Source: Nibricoccus sp. (GTDB taxonomy: Bacteria > Verrucomicrobiota > Verrucomicrobiia > Opitutales > Opitutaceae). From it: 64,000 bases of DNA. The notes beneath the pieces are model-generated. The model was not told the origin of the DNA and did not search any database. It was given only the letters and a program-made list of their open reading frames with translations. The stretch is taken from contig JASGHG010000001.1 in assembly GCA_047602425.1 (NCBI GenBank), forward strand, positions 3,328,001 to 3,392,000, given 5' to 3'. The first letter of the stretch is position 1. Every line of letters begins with the position of its first letter. Both the position numbers and the translations under genes were made by a program. This document shows positions 20,501 through 28,800 of this stretch, in pieces.

Positions 20501-21131
20501 CGTCGTGGGCGCGGGTCGGTTTTCGCCGGCTCATCGCGAAGCTATTCGCGATGCAATCAAGAGAATCATGGACGAGCTTAAAACCGAGTCAGATCCGGAC
20601 GCGAATATCCCGCTTGTTTTCATAAAGCTGATCGTCGATAGAGCAGACAGAGTGCTGTCGAGTCCGGGGGCGATAAATGCACAGGATGGTGAGGATGTAG
20701 TCCTTCCGCAGAGTCTTTCCGATTTGGTGGACCAGTATCTGGCTAGTCTCTTGGAGAACACCCCCGACAAGGAGATCCATGCTGTTCGCACTCGAAAGGC
20801 AGCCCTCGCATGCGTCGGTAAAGAGGGACTCCCTGTGTCACGCCCGCTGGCGGCATATAGAACCAAAGGTCTTGAGCAGGATCAACTGGATCTACTCGTG
20901 ACTGTTGGCCTACTTACTAAGGATGAGAGCGACATGGGCGATCCTCTATATAAATTCGCGCTTGATCCAATCGCAGAATACTTAGCCGCAAAAGAACTCG
21001 TGACTTTGGTACGAGACGGGGAGTTGGAATCAGTCGAGCTTGCTCGCATGCGTGCACAATTTAACAAAGAATCTGATGTCAACCAACAGATCATTCGTGT
21101 GGCACGGGCCAAGAAGATCGATGTGGATTGA
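17505..21131 (+). CDS. Membrane-anchored HEAT-repeat protein with C-terminal NACHT/STAND-like NTPase
   Basis: Hydrophobic N-terminus; about 13 HEAT repeats of roughly 33 aa; TM region; Walker A GPGGVGKS, Walker B LAIVDGVSE, VVVTSR, NIPL and FALDPIAEYLAA. Visibly more AT-rich than the flanks. Confidence 0.85.
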   Translation: MQPEGNFLHRLTFFWPRTFIFISVVFFFGGGVAGLEAQPAGNVERFILQPWQWDGVVAALEDPNMEVQRAALNWLSKLDPRSTDAPDDTRSKRLAELVDEHLSDSHDFSEKIAALRSLYWGQSPRSHQLVVGLFKSKDPVFLKYVLAALEEFGPDWAMFAPQVADLLNNKDTEVQAAAIRALGNMGPVGAKFSARLASFLKSGDFHVQTSTIYALVRLGLAGTMSAPQLAELLKKGDSSVRGAAAYALGAMGPDAASLALTPELIELLRNRNPEVFNSVGAVFQGLGPAGVAYAPKLTEHFNDKDPSVRCAAADLVGIIGAAAAAFTPEVAKLLKDDSPAVQRSAANALIKMGPAGKAHASQVAELLKSNNTDVQSFAAGALGKMGSQGALFASQIAGLLNNKSNELRCSALSALGEMGLAAGDCAPQIAEQLKYNNISIQRLAAIALGRIGPKGAVFAPQIAELLKSDSANMRGYAVYALGNMGLASAPFVPQIAEFLDDTDFDLRISGAVAIGKIGPAGSPVAHKMVTCLTGGEENSKIVSTNALIRVCVQPNPSVAMYLMDLSHGYIVSRGFLEFVAYLLGGGEKPNRFRVQWLSSRSPQASKTISDLNHTETREVLAELHSAIRVSDKLPTVSNKIAKLAADLVRKHGPVDNNLVLDLMDSLEKAGYPDQARTLEDALKNKSRLINKLGWSAEAWSAPGASWEKFAAWNLGLLATLYSCVIVVLFIGSPLSLVQLHEGWAIIFGSVPWIGDALERVAKLSALFLITSRRCLDAVVHHYAAKALVDLEKRTEVGSRHHWIAAPLEIRDEEFGTANRPFVPPKDAPAGMIYIRGLTELGKYLTGPRRWVSIEGPGGVGKSVLAFQIARWFADSKAANRLHQAQAIPIFVRELKEGLDKEVLAELKRALGMPKMSTILSEALLKNGRVLAIVDGVSEKKVDFDELNSEQFNPAKDAQLTHFVVVTSRRRVRPNDTILVRPLHVDLGSIDVVLNRYIDGVVGAGRFSPAHREAIRDAIKRIMDELKTESDPDANIPLVFIKLIVDRADRVLSSPGAINAQDGEDVVLPQSLSDLVDQYLASLLENTPDKEIHAVRTRKAALACVGKEGLPVSRPLAAYRTKGLEQDQLDLLVTVGLLTKDESDMGDPLYKFALDPIAEYLAAKELVTLVRDGELESVELARMRAQFNKESDVNQQIIRVARAKKIDVD

Positions 21132-21223
21132 GGAGTACGGCACGGGTCGGGAAAGCGAGGCGGCAACACCCTGTCCGAACGCGGTGGCATTGTTCGTTGA
21201 AGGAGTGGTTCTACACCATTCCT

Positions 21224-21628
21224 ATGATCAAACAGATTGCTCTTAATATTCCTGTCGCGGATTTGCCGAGGTCGGTTTCGTTTTTTACGGCGCTTGGGTT
21301 TTCGCTCAATCCGCAGTTCACCGGTGACACGTGCGCGTGTGTCGTCGTCAGCGAGTCGATCACTGTCATGCTGTCGACGCATGCGAAGTTTCGCGAATTC
21401 ACGCCGAAGGCGGTTTGCGACACGAGCAAGGCGGCGGAGGCGTTGTTCTGCCTGAGTTGCGAGAGTCGCGCGGAGGTGGACGGACTCGTCGCGAAGGCGC
21501 TCGCGGCCGGAGGCACGACCTACGACAAGGCGGAGGATTTTGGTTTCATGTACACGCACAGCTTTGTCGATCCCGATGGTCACGGGTGGGGGCTGTTTTA
21601 TCTGAGCGCGCCGCCGACATCGGTCTGA
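21224..21628 (+). CDS. Glyoxalase/VOC-family protein
   Basis: NIPVADLPRSVSFFTALGFSLNPQFT, SCESRAEVD and DFGFMY..SFVDPDGH motifs. Confidence 0.92.
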   Translation: MIKQIALNIPVADLPRSVSFFTALGFSLNPQFTGDTCACVVVSESITVMLSTHAKFREFTPKAVCDTSKAAEALFCLSCESRAEVDGLVAKALAAGGTTYDKAEDFGFMYTHSFVDPDGHGWGLFYLSAPPTSV

Positions 21629-21678
21629 CGATCGAACGGGTCGTCAGAGGACGTTGTTTGAGGAGGGCCCAGGCGTAA

Positions 21679-21706
21679 ACGGACGGCCCGGCGGTCCGTC
21701 CCTACC
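21679..21706 (-). repeat. Single REP-like unit, family A
   Basis: Reverse complement is GGTAGGGACGGACCGCCGGGCCGTCCGT, identical to 15765-15792. Confidence 0.8.
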
Positions 21707-21852
21707 TGTTCACGGCCGACAAGGGTGGAGGCGTTGACTTGAGCGTGCGTGCTCGGGTTTGGACGGGTGGAACGCGTTGGTTCGGGTCTCGGAAAAGCGC
21801 CTTGAGGGCAAGTCGCCCGCAGATTTTGCCTTTTTTTGGGGGGGGGGAGACG

Positions 21853-22332
21853 TCAGGCGGGGGAAAGTTCCTTTGTCATGAACACGCTATTGGGGTCGTC
21901 GCGGTAGTCGGCGAAGGGTGGGCAGGGTTTAAAACCATGCTTTTGATACAAACGGTGCGCGGGGTGGAAATATTCGCGCGCGCCGGTTTCGAGGCTCAGC
22001 CAGCGATAGCCCCGCCGCCGGGCCTCGGCGATGATGGTTTGGATGATGGCGCTGCCGACTCCGCTGCGAAGATGAGTCTTGATGGTGCGCATGGATTTTA
22101 ATTCGCCGTGGTCGGGGCCAAGCTCCTTCAGCGCCCCGCACCCTAACAACTCGCCACCGGCCCAAGCGCTCCAGAAGGTGACTTCGGGTTTCTTCAGTTT
22201 GTCGAGATTCAGCGCATGCATGCTGCGCACCGGAGTGATCTCGGTCAGGGCGCGGAGATGCTCCATCAGCAGTTCCTTGATTTTAGGGCCGCTCAGATCG
22301 TCGACGCGAATCTCCAGGGTTTGCGGGGTCAT
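21853..22332 (-). CDS. GNAT N-acetyltransferase (YsnE/YedL-like)
   Basis: GCGALKEL..GELKSMRT..RSGVGS, SLETG and PFADYRDDPNSVFMT motifs. Confidence 0.92.
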   Translation of the reverse strand: MTPQTLEIRVDDLSGPKIKELLMEHLRALTEITPVRSMHALNLDKLKKPEVTFWSAWAGGELLGCGALKELGPDHGELKSMRTIKTHLRSGVGSAIIQTIIAEARRRGYRWLSLETGAREYFHPAHRLYQKHGFKPCPPFADYRDDPNSVFMTKELSPA

Positions 22333-22401
22333 CGTTTGAGATAGCTAAAGCACATGCAATATAACGGTAGCCGCAAATCGAATGATGAACCGGACTGTCT
22401 T

Positions 22402-22471
22402 TGTAGGGGCATTGCTGCGCCCGATTCGAGCCGGGCACTCGCAATGGGCGCAGCAAGACTGCGCCCCTACA
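22402..22471. repeat. REP-like inverted doublet, family B (left arm has a 5-nt deletion)
   Basis: TGTAGGGGCATTGCTGCGCCC...GGGCGCAGCAAGACTGCGCCCCTACA. Confidence 0.75.
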
Positions 22472-22603
22472 GTCGGAGGTTTGCGACGACGCGGTGGCGC
22501 AGGCTCCTGTGCTCCGGGGTGGCGTGGGGTGCTGTGATGGAAAACGCGGAGCAGGAGACGGCGGGCGGGTTGACCGCGGGCGGGGGAGGCGGAGGATGGG
22601 GGC

Positions 22604-23503
22604 ATGTCGACCGAGTCCAAAACGCAGCCAGCCACCGGGAGTTTCTTCGCGGCGTCGGCGAGTTATTTTATTTGGGGAATTTTCCCACTGTTCTGGCGGT
22701 TGCTCACGGTGGTCGATGCGACGGAGTTGATCGCGCATCGCGTGGTGTGGTCGTTGTTGTTTCTACTCGGCGTGGTGGCGGTGCAGCGGCGGCTGCCGGA
22801 ATTGGCGCGGGCGTGTCGGGATTGGAAAAATCTGCGGGTGCACGCGGCGAGCGGCGCGCTGCTGACGGTGAACTGGCTCGTCTATGTGTGGGGCGTGAAC
22901 CATGGGCATGTGATCGAGTGCAGTCTCGGTTATTTTCTGGTGCCGTTGATCAACGTGGCGCTGGGACGCTGGTTGTTGCACGAGCATCTGCGGAAAGCGC
23001 AACTGGTCGCGATCGTCGTCGCGGCGCTTGGGGTGGCTTTGATGGTTTGGCGTGTGGGGAGGATTCCGTGGATCGCGCTGTCGCTGGCGGCGACCTTTGG
23101 GCTTTACGGCTTGTTGCGGAAACGCTCGGCGCTCGGGCCGCTCGCGGGGCTGACGCTGGAGACGCTGCTGCTGGTGCCGTTGGCGGCGGGTTTTTTGCTC
23201 TGGCGTTGTGCGCAAGGTGGCGGGGCGCTCGGTCACGTGGACGCGATGACGACGGCGCTCATCCTGAGCAGCGGCGTGGTGACGGCGGTGCCGTTGTTGC
23301 TCTTCGCGAAAGGTGCGCGCGGGCTGCGGATGATCACGCTCGGGCTGCTACAATATCTGGCGCCAACGTGTCAGTTTCTTCTCGGCTGGCTGTTGTACAA
23401 CGAAACGATGGGCGCGGCACGGGCCGGTGCGTTTGCGCTGATCTGGGCGGGGCTGGCGCTCTACAGCATCGACGCGGTGCTGGCTTCGCGTGCGGCGCGG
23501 TGA
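22604..23503 (+). CDS. rarD: EamA-family transporter RarD
   Basis: WGIFPLFW, AHRVVWS, NWLVYVWGVN..SLGYF and LGLLQYLAPT motifs. Confidence 0.9.
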   Translation: MSTESKTQPATGSFFAASASYFIWGIFPLFWRLLTVVDATELIAHRVVWSLLFLLGVVAVQRRLPELARACRDWKNLRVHAASGALLTVNWLVYVWGVNHGHVIECSLGYFLVPLINVALGRWLLHEHLRKAQLVAIVVAALGVALMVWRVGRIPWIALSLAATFGLYGLLRKRSALGPLAGLTLETLLLVPLAAGFLLWRCAQGGGALGHVDAMTTALILSSGVVTAVPLLLFAKGARGLRMITLGLLQYLAPTCQFLLGWLLYNETMGAARAGAFALIWAGLALYSIDAVLASRAAR

Positions 23504-23618
23504 GGACGGCGCGGTGGCGAATGGTGGGAGCGGGTTAAACTGCGAGGGATGGAAAATCTCGGCGTAAAGCCGCTCTTACAGGACGGAGTTTTGCGGGCTG
23601 CGACGGATTTGAAATATT

Positions 23619-24359
23619 CTAGAGGGTTTCTTGGCCGCCGTGTTTACGGAGGATCGCAGCGACGTCTTGAAAACCTTTTTCCACGGCGATTTTCAGCGGC
23701 GTCTTGCGAAACGCGTCGGGCGCGTTGACGTTGGTGGCGCCGTTGGTGAGGAGCCATTCGGTCATGGGCGCGCGGCCGTCGCGTGCGGCGGCGCTGAGGG
23801 CTTGATTGAAGTCGGGGGCGTTGGGCGCGAGGTGCGGTTTGATCGCCTCGGCAATGGCAACTTCTCCGCCGATGGCGGCGTGGTAGAGCAGCGTGAGGTT
23901 GTGCGGGCCTTTGGTGACGGCGGCTTGCGGCGAAACTTTCAGCAGGGCGATCACGGTTTCGGAATAACCGAGCATGGCGGCGCAAAACGTGTCGATTCGC
24001 GCGCCGGCCGATAGAAGGAATTCGACGATGTCGCGGCGACCGACATGAGCGGCGCCGTTCAATCCCATTTCCCAATCGCCGATGCCGATGTTGCCGGTAT
24101 CGGCGGACGCGTAAACCAAGCGCGGCTCGCGGGCCAGCATGGCCTTCACTTTGTCGAGATCGCGGTGGGCGGCTAAAACAAATTCCGTGGCGAGGGCCGG
24201 GTCGTGAGTGGGCTTAACCCGATCCTTTGGCGCGGTACCCGGCGGTTTGGCCTCCATCGATTTGGTGGTGTCCTGGCCAAAAACATTGGAAGCGGAAGCG
24301 GTGGTCAACGCGGCGGCGGCCGCGGCATGGGTGAGGAAGGTGCGTCGAGGAATCTTCAT
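23619..24359 (-). CDS. Tat-exported ankyrin-repeat protein
   Basis: PRRTFL twin-arginine signal; AAHVGRRDIVEFLLSAGA and TPLKIAVEKG..ILRKHGG repeats. Confidence 0.85.
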   Translation of the reverse strand: MKIPRRTFLTHAAAAAALTTASASNVFGQDTTKSMEAKPPGTAPKDRVKPTHDPALATEFVLAAHRDLDKVKAMLAREPRLVYASADTGNIGIGDWEMGLNGAAHVGRRDIVEFLLSAGARIDTFCAAMLGYSETVIALLKVSPQAAVTKGPHNLTLLYHAAIGGEVAIAEAIKPHLAPNAPDFNQALSAAARDGRAPMTEWLLTNGATNVNAPDAFRKTPLKIAVEKGFQDVAAILRKHGGQETL

Positions 24360-24470
24360 GCGGGGTGAAAGGTGAAAACACCGGGAAGTGTCCGTGTTAG
24401 GACGCTTTCCTGACGGAATGAGTTACGGCGAACTCCAAGACGACGACGGCGGGGGGCTGGCCGCACGGCC

Positions 24471-24863
24471 TCAGCGGCGCGCGGGCTGGAACAGTTCGAC
24501 CGGATTGCCCGAGGGATCGTCCATGATCACTTCCGAGCCGCCGGGACCGGTCAAGATATCGCTGCGGAAATGCACCTGCGCCTTTCGCAGTCGCTCGATC
24601 TCGGCCGGAAGATCGTCGACGTTGATGATGATGCGATTCCAGCCGCCCGGCTCCGCCTTGCTGCCATCCAGCATTGGCTTGGCGGCGCCTCCCGGCCCAA
24701 AAGGAGTGCTGAGCACCATGGTGAAATTGCCACGCGAGATCATGGCGAAGTTTTCATTTGTCGGTACTTCCTGGTTTATCTGAAAGCCGAGGTGTTTCGT
24801 GTAAAACGAAACGGCTCCGGCGATATTGTTGACCATGTAGCGTGTGCGAACGGTATTGTTCAT
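24471..24863 (-). CDS. VOC/glyoxalase-family protein
   Basis: FYTKHLGF, PGGWNRI and GPGGSEVIMDDPSGNPVELFQP motifs. Confidence 0.9.
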   Translation of the reverse strand: MNNTVRTRYMVNNIAGAVSFYTKHLGFQINQEVPTNENFAMISRGNFTMVLSTPFGPGGAAKPMLDGSKAEPGGWNRIIINVDDLPAEIERLRKAQVHFRSDILTGPGGSEVIMDDPSGNPVELFQPARR

Positions 24864-24997
24864 GTGAGCCTCCTGCTTTTTGCGATGAGGCACTATACTC
24901 AGGTCGAACGAAAGTGGGCGCGCCAGTGGGCGAAAAAGCGCACGAATTTGCCCTGGGGAATATTCGTCGCGATGCGTGTCACGCTTGAGGATCGAAC

Positions 24998-25057
24998 TGC
25001 AGGAGCGGCTTTACGCCGCGATTTTCCCATCCATCGCGGCGTAAAGCCGCTCCGACA
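24998..25057. repeat. REP-like inverted doublet, family C (partial copy at 23560-23581)
   Basis: TGCAGGAGCGGCTTTACGCCGCGAT...ATCGCGGCGTAAAGCCGCTCCGACA. Confidence 0.75.
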
Positions 25058-25144
25058 AAGAAGGAATAAAAAATCCCAAAACGACGGCGAAGCCGGCGTT
25101 TTGGGAGGAGGAAGCGGTTCGTTGGGGGATTTCCCGATCTGTCG

Positions 25145-25549
25145 TTATTCGTGGAGCGCGAATTTGAGCGGGAGGCTCAGCTGGCAGGCGACCGGAGTGC
25201 CGTTCTTGCTGCCGGGTTCGAATTCCCACGCGGAAACGGCGGCGAGGGCGGCTTCGCCGAAGGCGGGGTCCGTGGCTTTTTCGACGCGGACGCTTTTCAC
25301 CGAACCATCAATGTCCACTACAAAGGAGATCACGGCCTCACCGGTAATGCGGGCGGCTTTGAGGTCGGCGGGGTAGCGGGGCTGCACGCGTTTGATGGGA
25401 TTCGGCTTTTTGTCGAGTTCGGTCAACGGGCAGAGTTTCGAGTCCGTTTGGGCGCAGGGGCTGGTTTCGGCGGCGGATTGCTGGGCGCTGAGAGACAAAC
25501 CGGACAGGCCGGCGGCCAAGACGAGGAGGGCGATTTTGGAGGTTTTCAT
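25145..25549 (-). CDS. Short exported TonB C-terminal domain protein
   Basis: Signal peptide; PRYPADLK..GEAVISFVVDIDGSV..FGEAALAAVSAWEFEPG. Confidence 0.88.
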   Translation of the reverse strand: MKTSKIALLVLAAGLSGLSLSAQQSAAETSPCAQTDSKLCPLTELDKKPNPIKRVQPRYPADLKAARITGEAVISFVVDIDGSVKSVRVEKATDPAFGEAALAAVSAWEFEPGSKNGTPVACQLSLPLKFALHE

Positions 25550-25803
25550 GGATTCTTTTCGAGGAGTTTTTGTTGGAGGAATGAAAATGGATTCCATGAT
25601 AGGCACCCGCACGACGGGCGGACCGCACAAGTTTTTTTCAAGGGAGTGGCGGTGTCCCTTTGGAGCGGCATTTCCAGAGGCGGACGGTGGCAATTGTCAC
25701 GAAAAAGCGAAACGCGGGTGGGCGAGTTGACTTGGTTCGAGTTTGGCACTTTTTGGGGAATCCAAGGCGGGTGCATGGTGTATTTCCCACTTGGCTCCTC
25801 ATT

Positions 25804-28800
25804 ATGAAAACAATGACGTTTGTGCGCGCAGTCTCACTGCGAATCATCGCAGGGTTGGTTGGAGTCTTCATCCCGGGTTTGCTGGCGGCCGCGCTTCCCA
25901 CGCCGACTCAGCCGGTGCTTGTCGTTCAGGAAAATGGAGCGGCGGACCGCTTTCAGTTTTTTGTGCCGGAGCTTCTTACGACCGAGGGTATCAACGGTTT
26001 TCAAACCGCACAGTTGTCGGAATTGACTGGATCGTTTCTGGCCAGCTACGACACGGTCATCCTGCCGCACCTGGCCTTGAGCGGGGCGCAGGCGACGCTT
26101 TTTCAGAACTATGTGAATAGCGGTGGCACCTTGATCGGTTTGCGGGCAGACGCGCAACTTGCCGTGGTATTTGGCGTGACTTCGTTGAACGCAACGCTGC
26201 CGGAGGCGTGGCTTCAGATTAACACGGGCACACCGCAGACCTTCGGGCTGGTTCGGCAGACGCTGCGGTTTCATGGAACCGCGGACCGTTATGCGCTGAA
26301 CGGCGCGAGCGCCCTCGCCACCTTGTATGAGACAACGTCCACCGCCACGACGTCGCCGGCGGTGGCGACGCATGTCTTCGGTGCGGGGCGCGCCATTCTT
26401 TTCAGTTTCGACCTGACTGAGAGCATCGTGTTGCTGCGTCAGGGCAACCCGGCGTGGGCGGGTGCTCCCAATAATCACGACGGCTTCCTCACCCTGCGCG
26501 CGTCGCAGATGTTCAAGGACAACGTGACCAACACCTCGTGGAATGATCTGGGCGACCAGGCGCTGAACGACGTGCCGCAGGCCGACGTGCAGCTTCGTCT
26601 TTTGAGCAATTCGATCGCGGTTGCCAGCGCTGCGAAACAAAAACCGCTGCCCCGCTTCTGGTATTTTCCCAACAAGGCGAGGGCGCTGCTCCTGTTGACC
26701 GGCGACCAACATGGAGAGTCGGAGGCCAATTCAGCGGCTGTGACCAGCGCGGTCGAGGCGGCGGGCGGTGGGTACACGAATTTCTTGTGGTATCCATTTG
26801 GTTCGGTCAGCGACAGCACGGTGACGAACTGGCTGGCCGCCGGCCATGCGTTGGGTATCCACTTCGACGATACGGGGGAGGGCGGCGGCAACGGTTCGGG
26901 GGCAACCTGGGCGGGGATGCAGGCGGTGCTGACGCAGGCGATGGCGGCGTTTGCGACTGCATACCCGAATGCGCCCGCGCCGGTCACGACGCGGAACCAT
27001 TTTCTCATTTGGCTGAGCAACAACGCGGCCGGTGCGCCCGATCCCATTGCGCAGGCGCGGTTGTTTCAGCAGGCCGGGATCAAATTCGACACGAGTTTCT
27101 CAGCATTTCCAAACCGCTGGGGTTACATGAACGGGAGCGGCCTGCCCTTGAAGTTTCTCGACCCGACGTCGGGCGAAATTGTGCACGTGTATGAACAAGC
27201 CACCCAGTACGAGGACGACGTGCAACTCAGCAGCGCGGGCTATAGCACGAATTGGAGTCTGGCGACGGCCCAGACCCATTATGAGCGATCGCTGTCTGAG
27301 AGCCTGACCAAGTACAACACGGCCGTCACGATGCTCTTTCATCCCGACGCGTGGGGTAGCTATCAGCCACACGGTTCATTCGTGCTGCAGTATGCGCAAA
27401 GCCACGGCATCCCGATGCCAAGCTTGGCAAAGTGGCTCGCATTCTGGGAGGGCCGGGCGGCGACCGGCGTTTCCAATTTCACGACGGGTTCGAACATCGT
27501 TTCGTTCGATACGACGGCTTCGCCCGCCGGGCTCACCCTGCTCATTCCGGCGGTGGCCGGACCCAGCGCGGTCTCGCATGTGGTGGTTGACGGTGCAAGC
27601 CAGTCCTTCACGGTCGAGGTGTATCAAGGAATCCGATACGCCAGCCTGACACTGGCCGCGGGCAACCACTCGGTCGCGGTCAGCTACGCGCCGAGCGACG
27701 CGACGGCGCTGGTGTTCGGCTCGGTGACTCCCTTGGCGGGCACGTCCGGCACCACCGTGCGCATCCAGGGTGGGACCATCGACCAAACAGTTTCCCTGAA
27801 TGACAACGGCAGTTATGTCGCCGGACCGCTGCCTGCTGGTACCTACACAGTCACGCCTGCGGCGGCCAACCGGACGTTCACGCCGGCGGCGCGCACGATA
27901 ACCGTGGGCAGCGGCGACGTGGGCGATGTGAATTTTACCAGTTCCGCGGTGGCGGGATCAACCGAGACGCTTTTCACCGATCAGACTCCGGTGCTCACCA
28001 ATATCTCGGACGGCCCGACGACGAACTATGAACTTGGTACAGTTTTTTCCAGTGCGGTGGAGGGCAGGATTCAGGCGATTCGTTTTTGGAAAACGGGCAA
28101 CGAATCCGGCACGCACGTTGGAAATATTTGGAGTGCGACCGGCCAGTTGCTCGCCTCGGTGACCTTCACCAACGAAACGGCCTCGGGCTGGCAGCAGCAG
28201 GCCCTGGCGACGCCGTTGCTCATCACAGCTGGCACCTCGTATGTGGTTTCGGTCAACACCGGCAACAGCTACTATGTCGCAACGCTGCAAGGACTCGCCT
28301 CGCAAATCGTCAACGGCGATCTGCGCTCGGTGGTCGGCAATAATGGCGTGTTCGGTCCGGCCGGCGCGTTTCCTACGAGTAGTTTTAATGCGGCGAATTA
28401 TTTCCGTGATGTCGTTTTCAGTCCGGGCCCGCCGCCTCCTGTCGGCGAGTCGATCTTCACCACGCAGACCCCGGCGCTCATCGATCAGAGCGATGGGCCG
28501 ACGACCAACTATGAGCTAGGAACAACATTCTATAGCGGCGTGGCAGGCACGATCTCGGCGATCCGTTTCTGGAAATCGCCGGCGGAGACCGGTGCGCACA
28601 TCGGTCGCATTTGGAGCGCGGACGGCCAGTTGCTCGCCTCGGTGACGTTTACGAACGAGACCGCGTCCGGCTGGCAGGAGCAGGCGCTCGCTACGCCGCT
28701 GGCCATTAACGCCGCCGCTTCGTACGTCGTGACGGTCAACACCGGCAACACTTACTACGTTGCGACCGAACTCGGGCTCGCGGCGCAGGTGGGGAACGGC

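Noticed and set aside
21831..21847. T7-G10 homopolymer as a phase-variation site
   Set aside because: It is intergenic, between convergent gene ends, and not in a promoter or CDS.
900..25100. Integron cassette array (many small VOC, GNAT, SRPBCC and DHFR-like genes)
   Set aside because: Gene orientations are mixed, there is no integrase, and isolated YTAAC/GTTAG motifs (near 10252, 16086, 24396, 30009) did not resolve into paired attC structures by eye. IntegronFinder would settle it.
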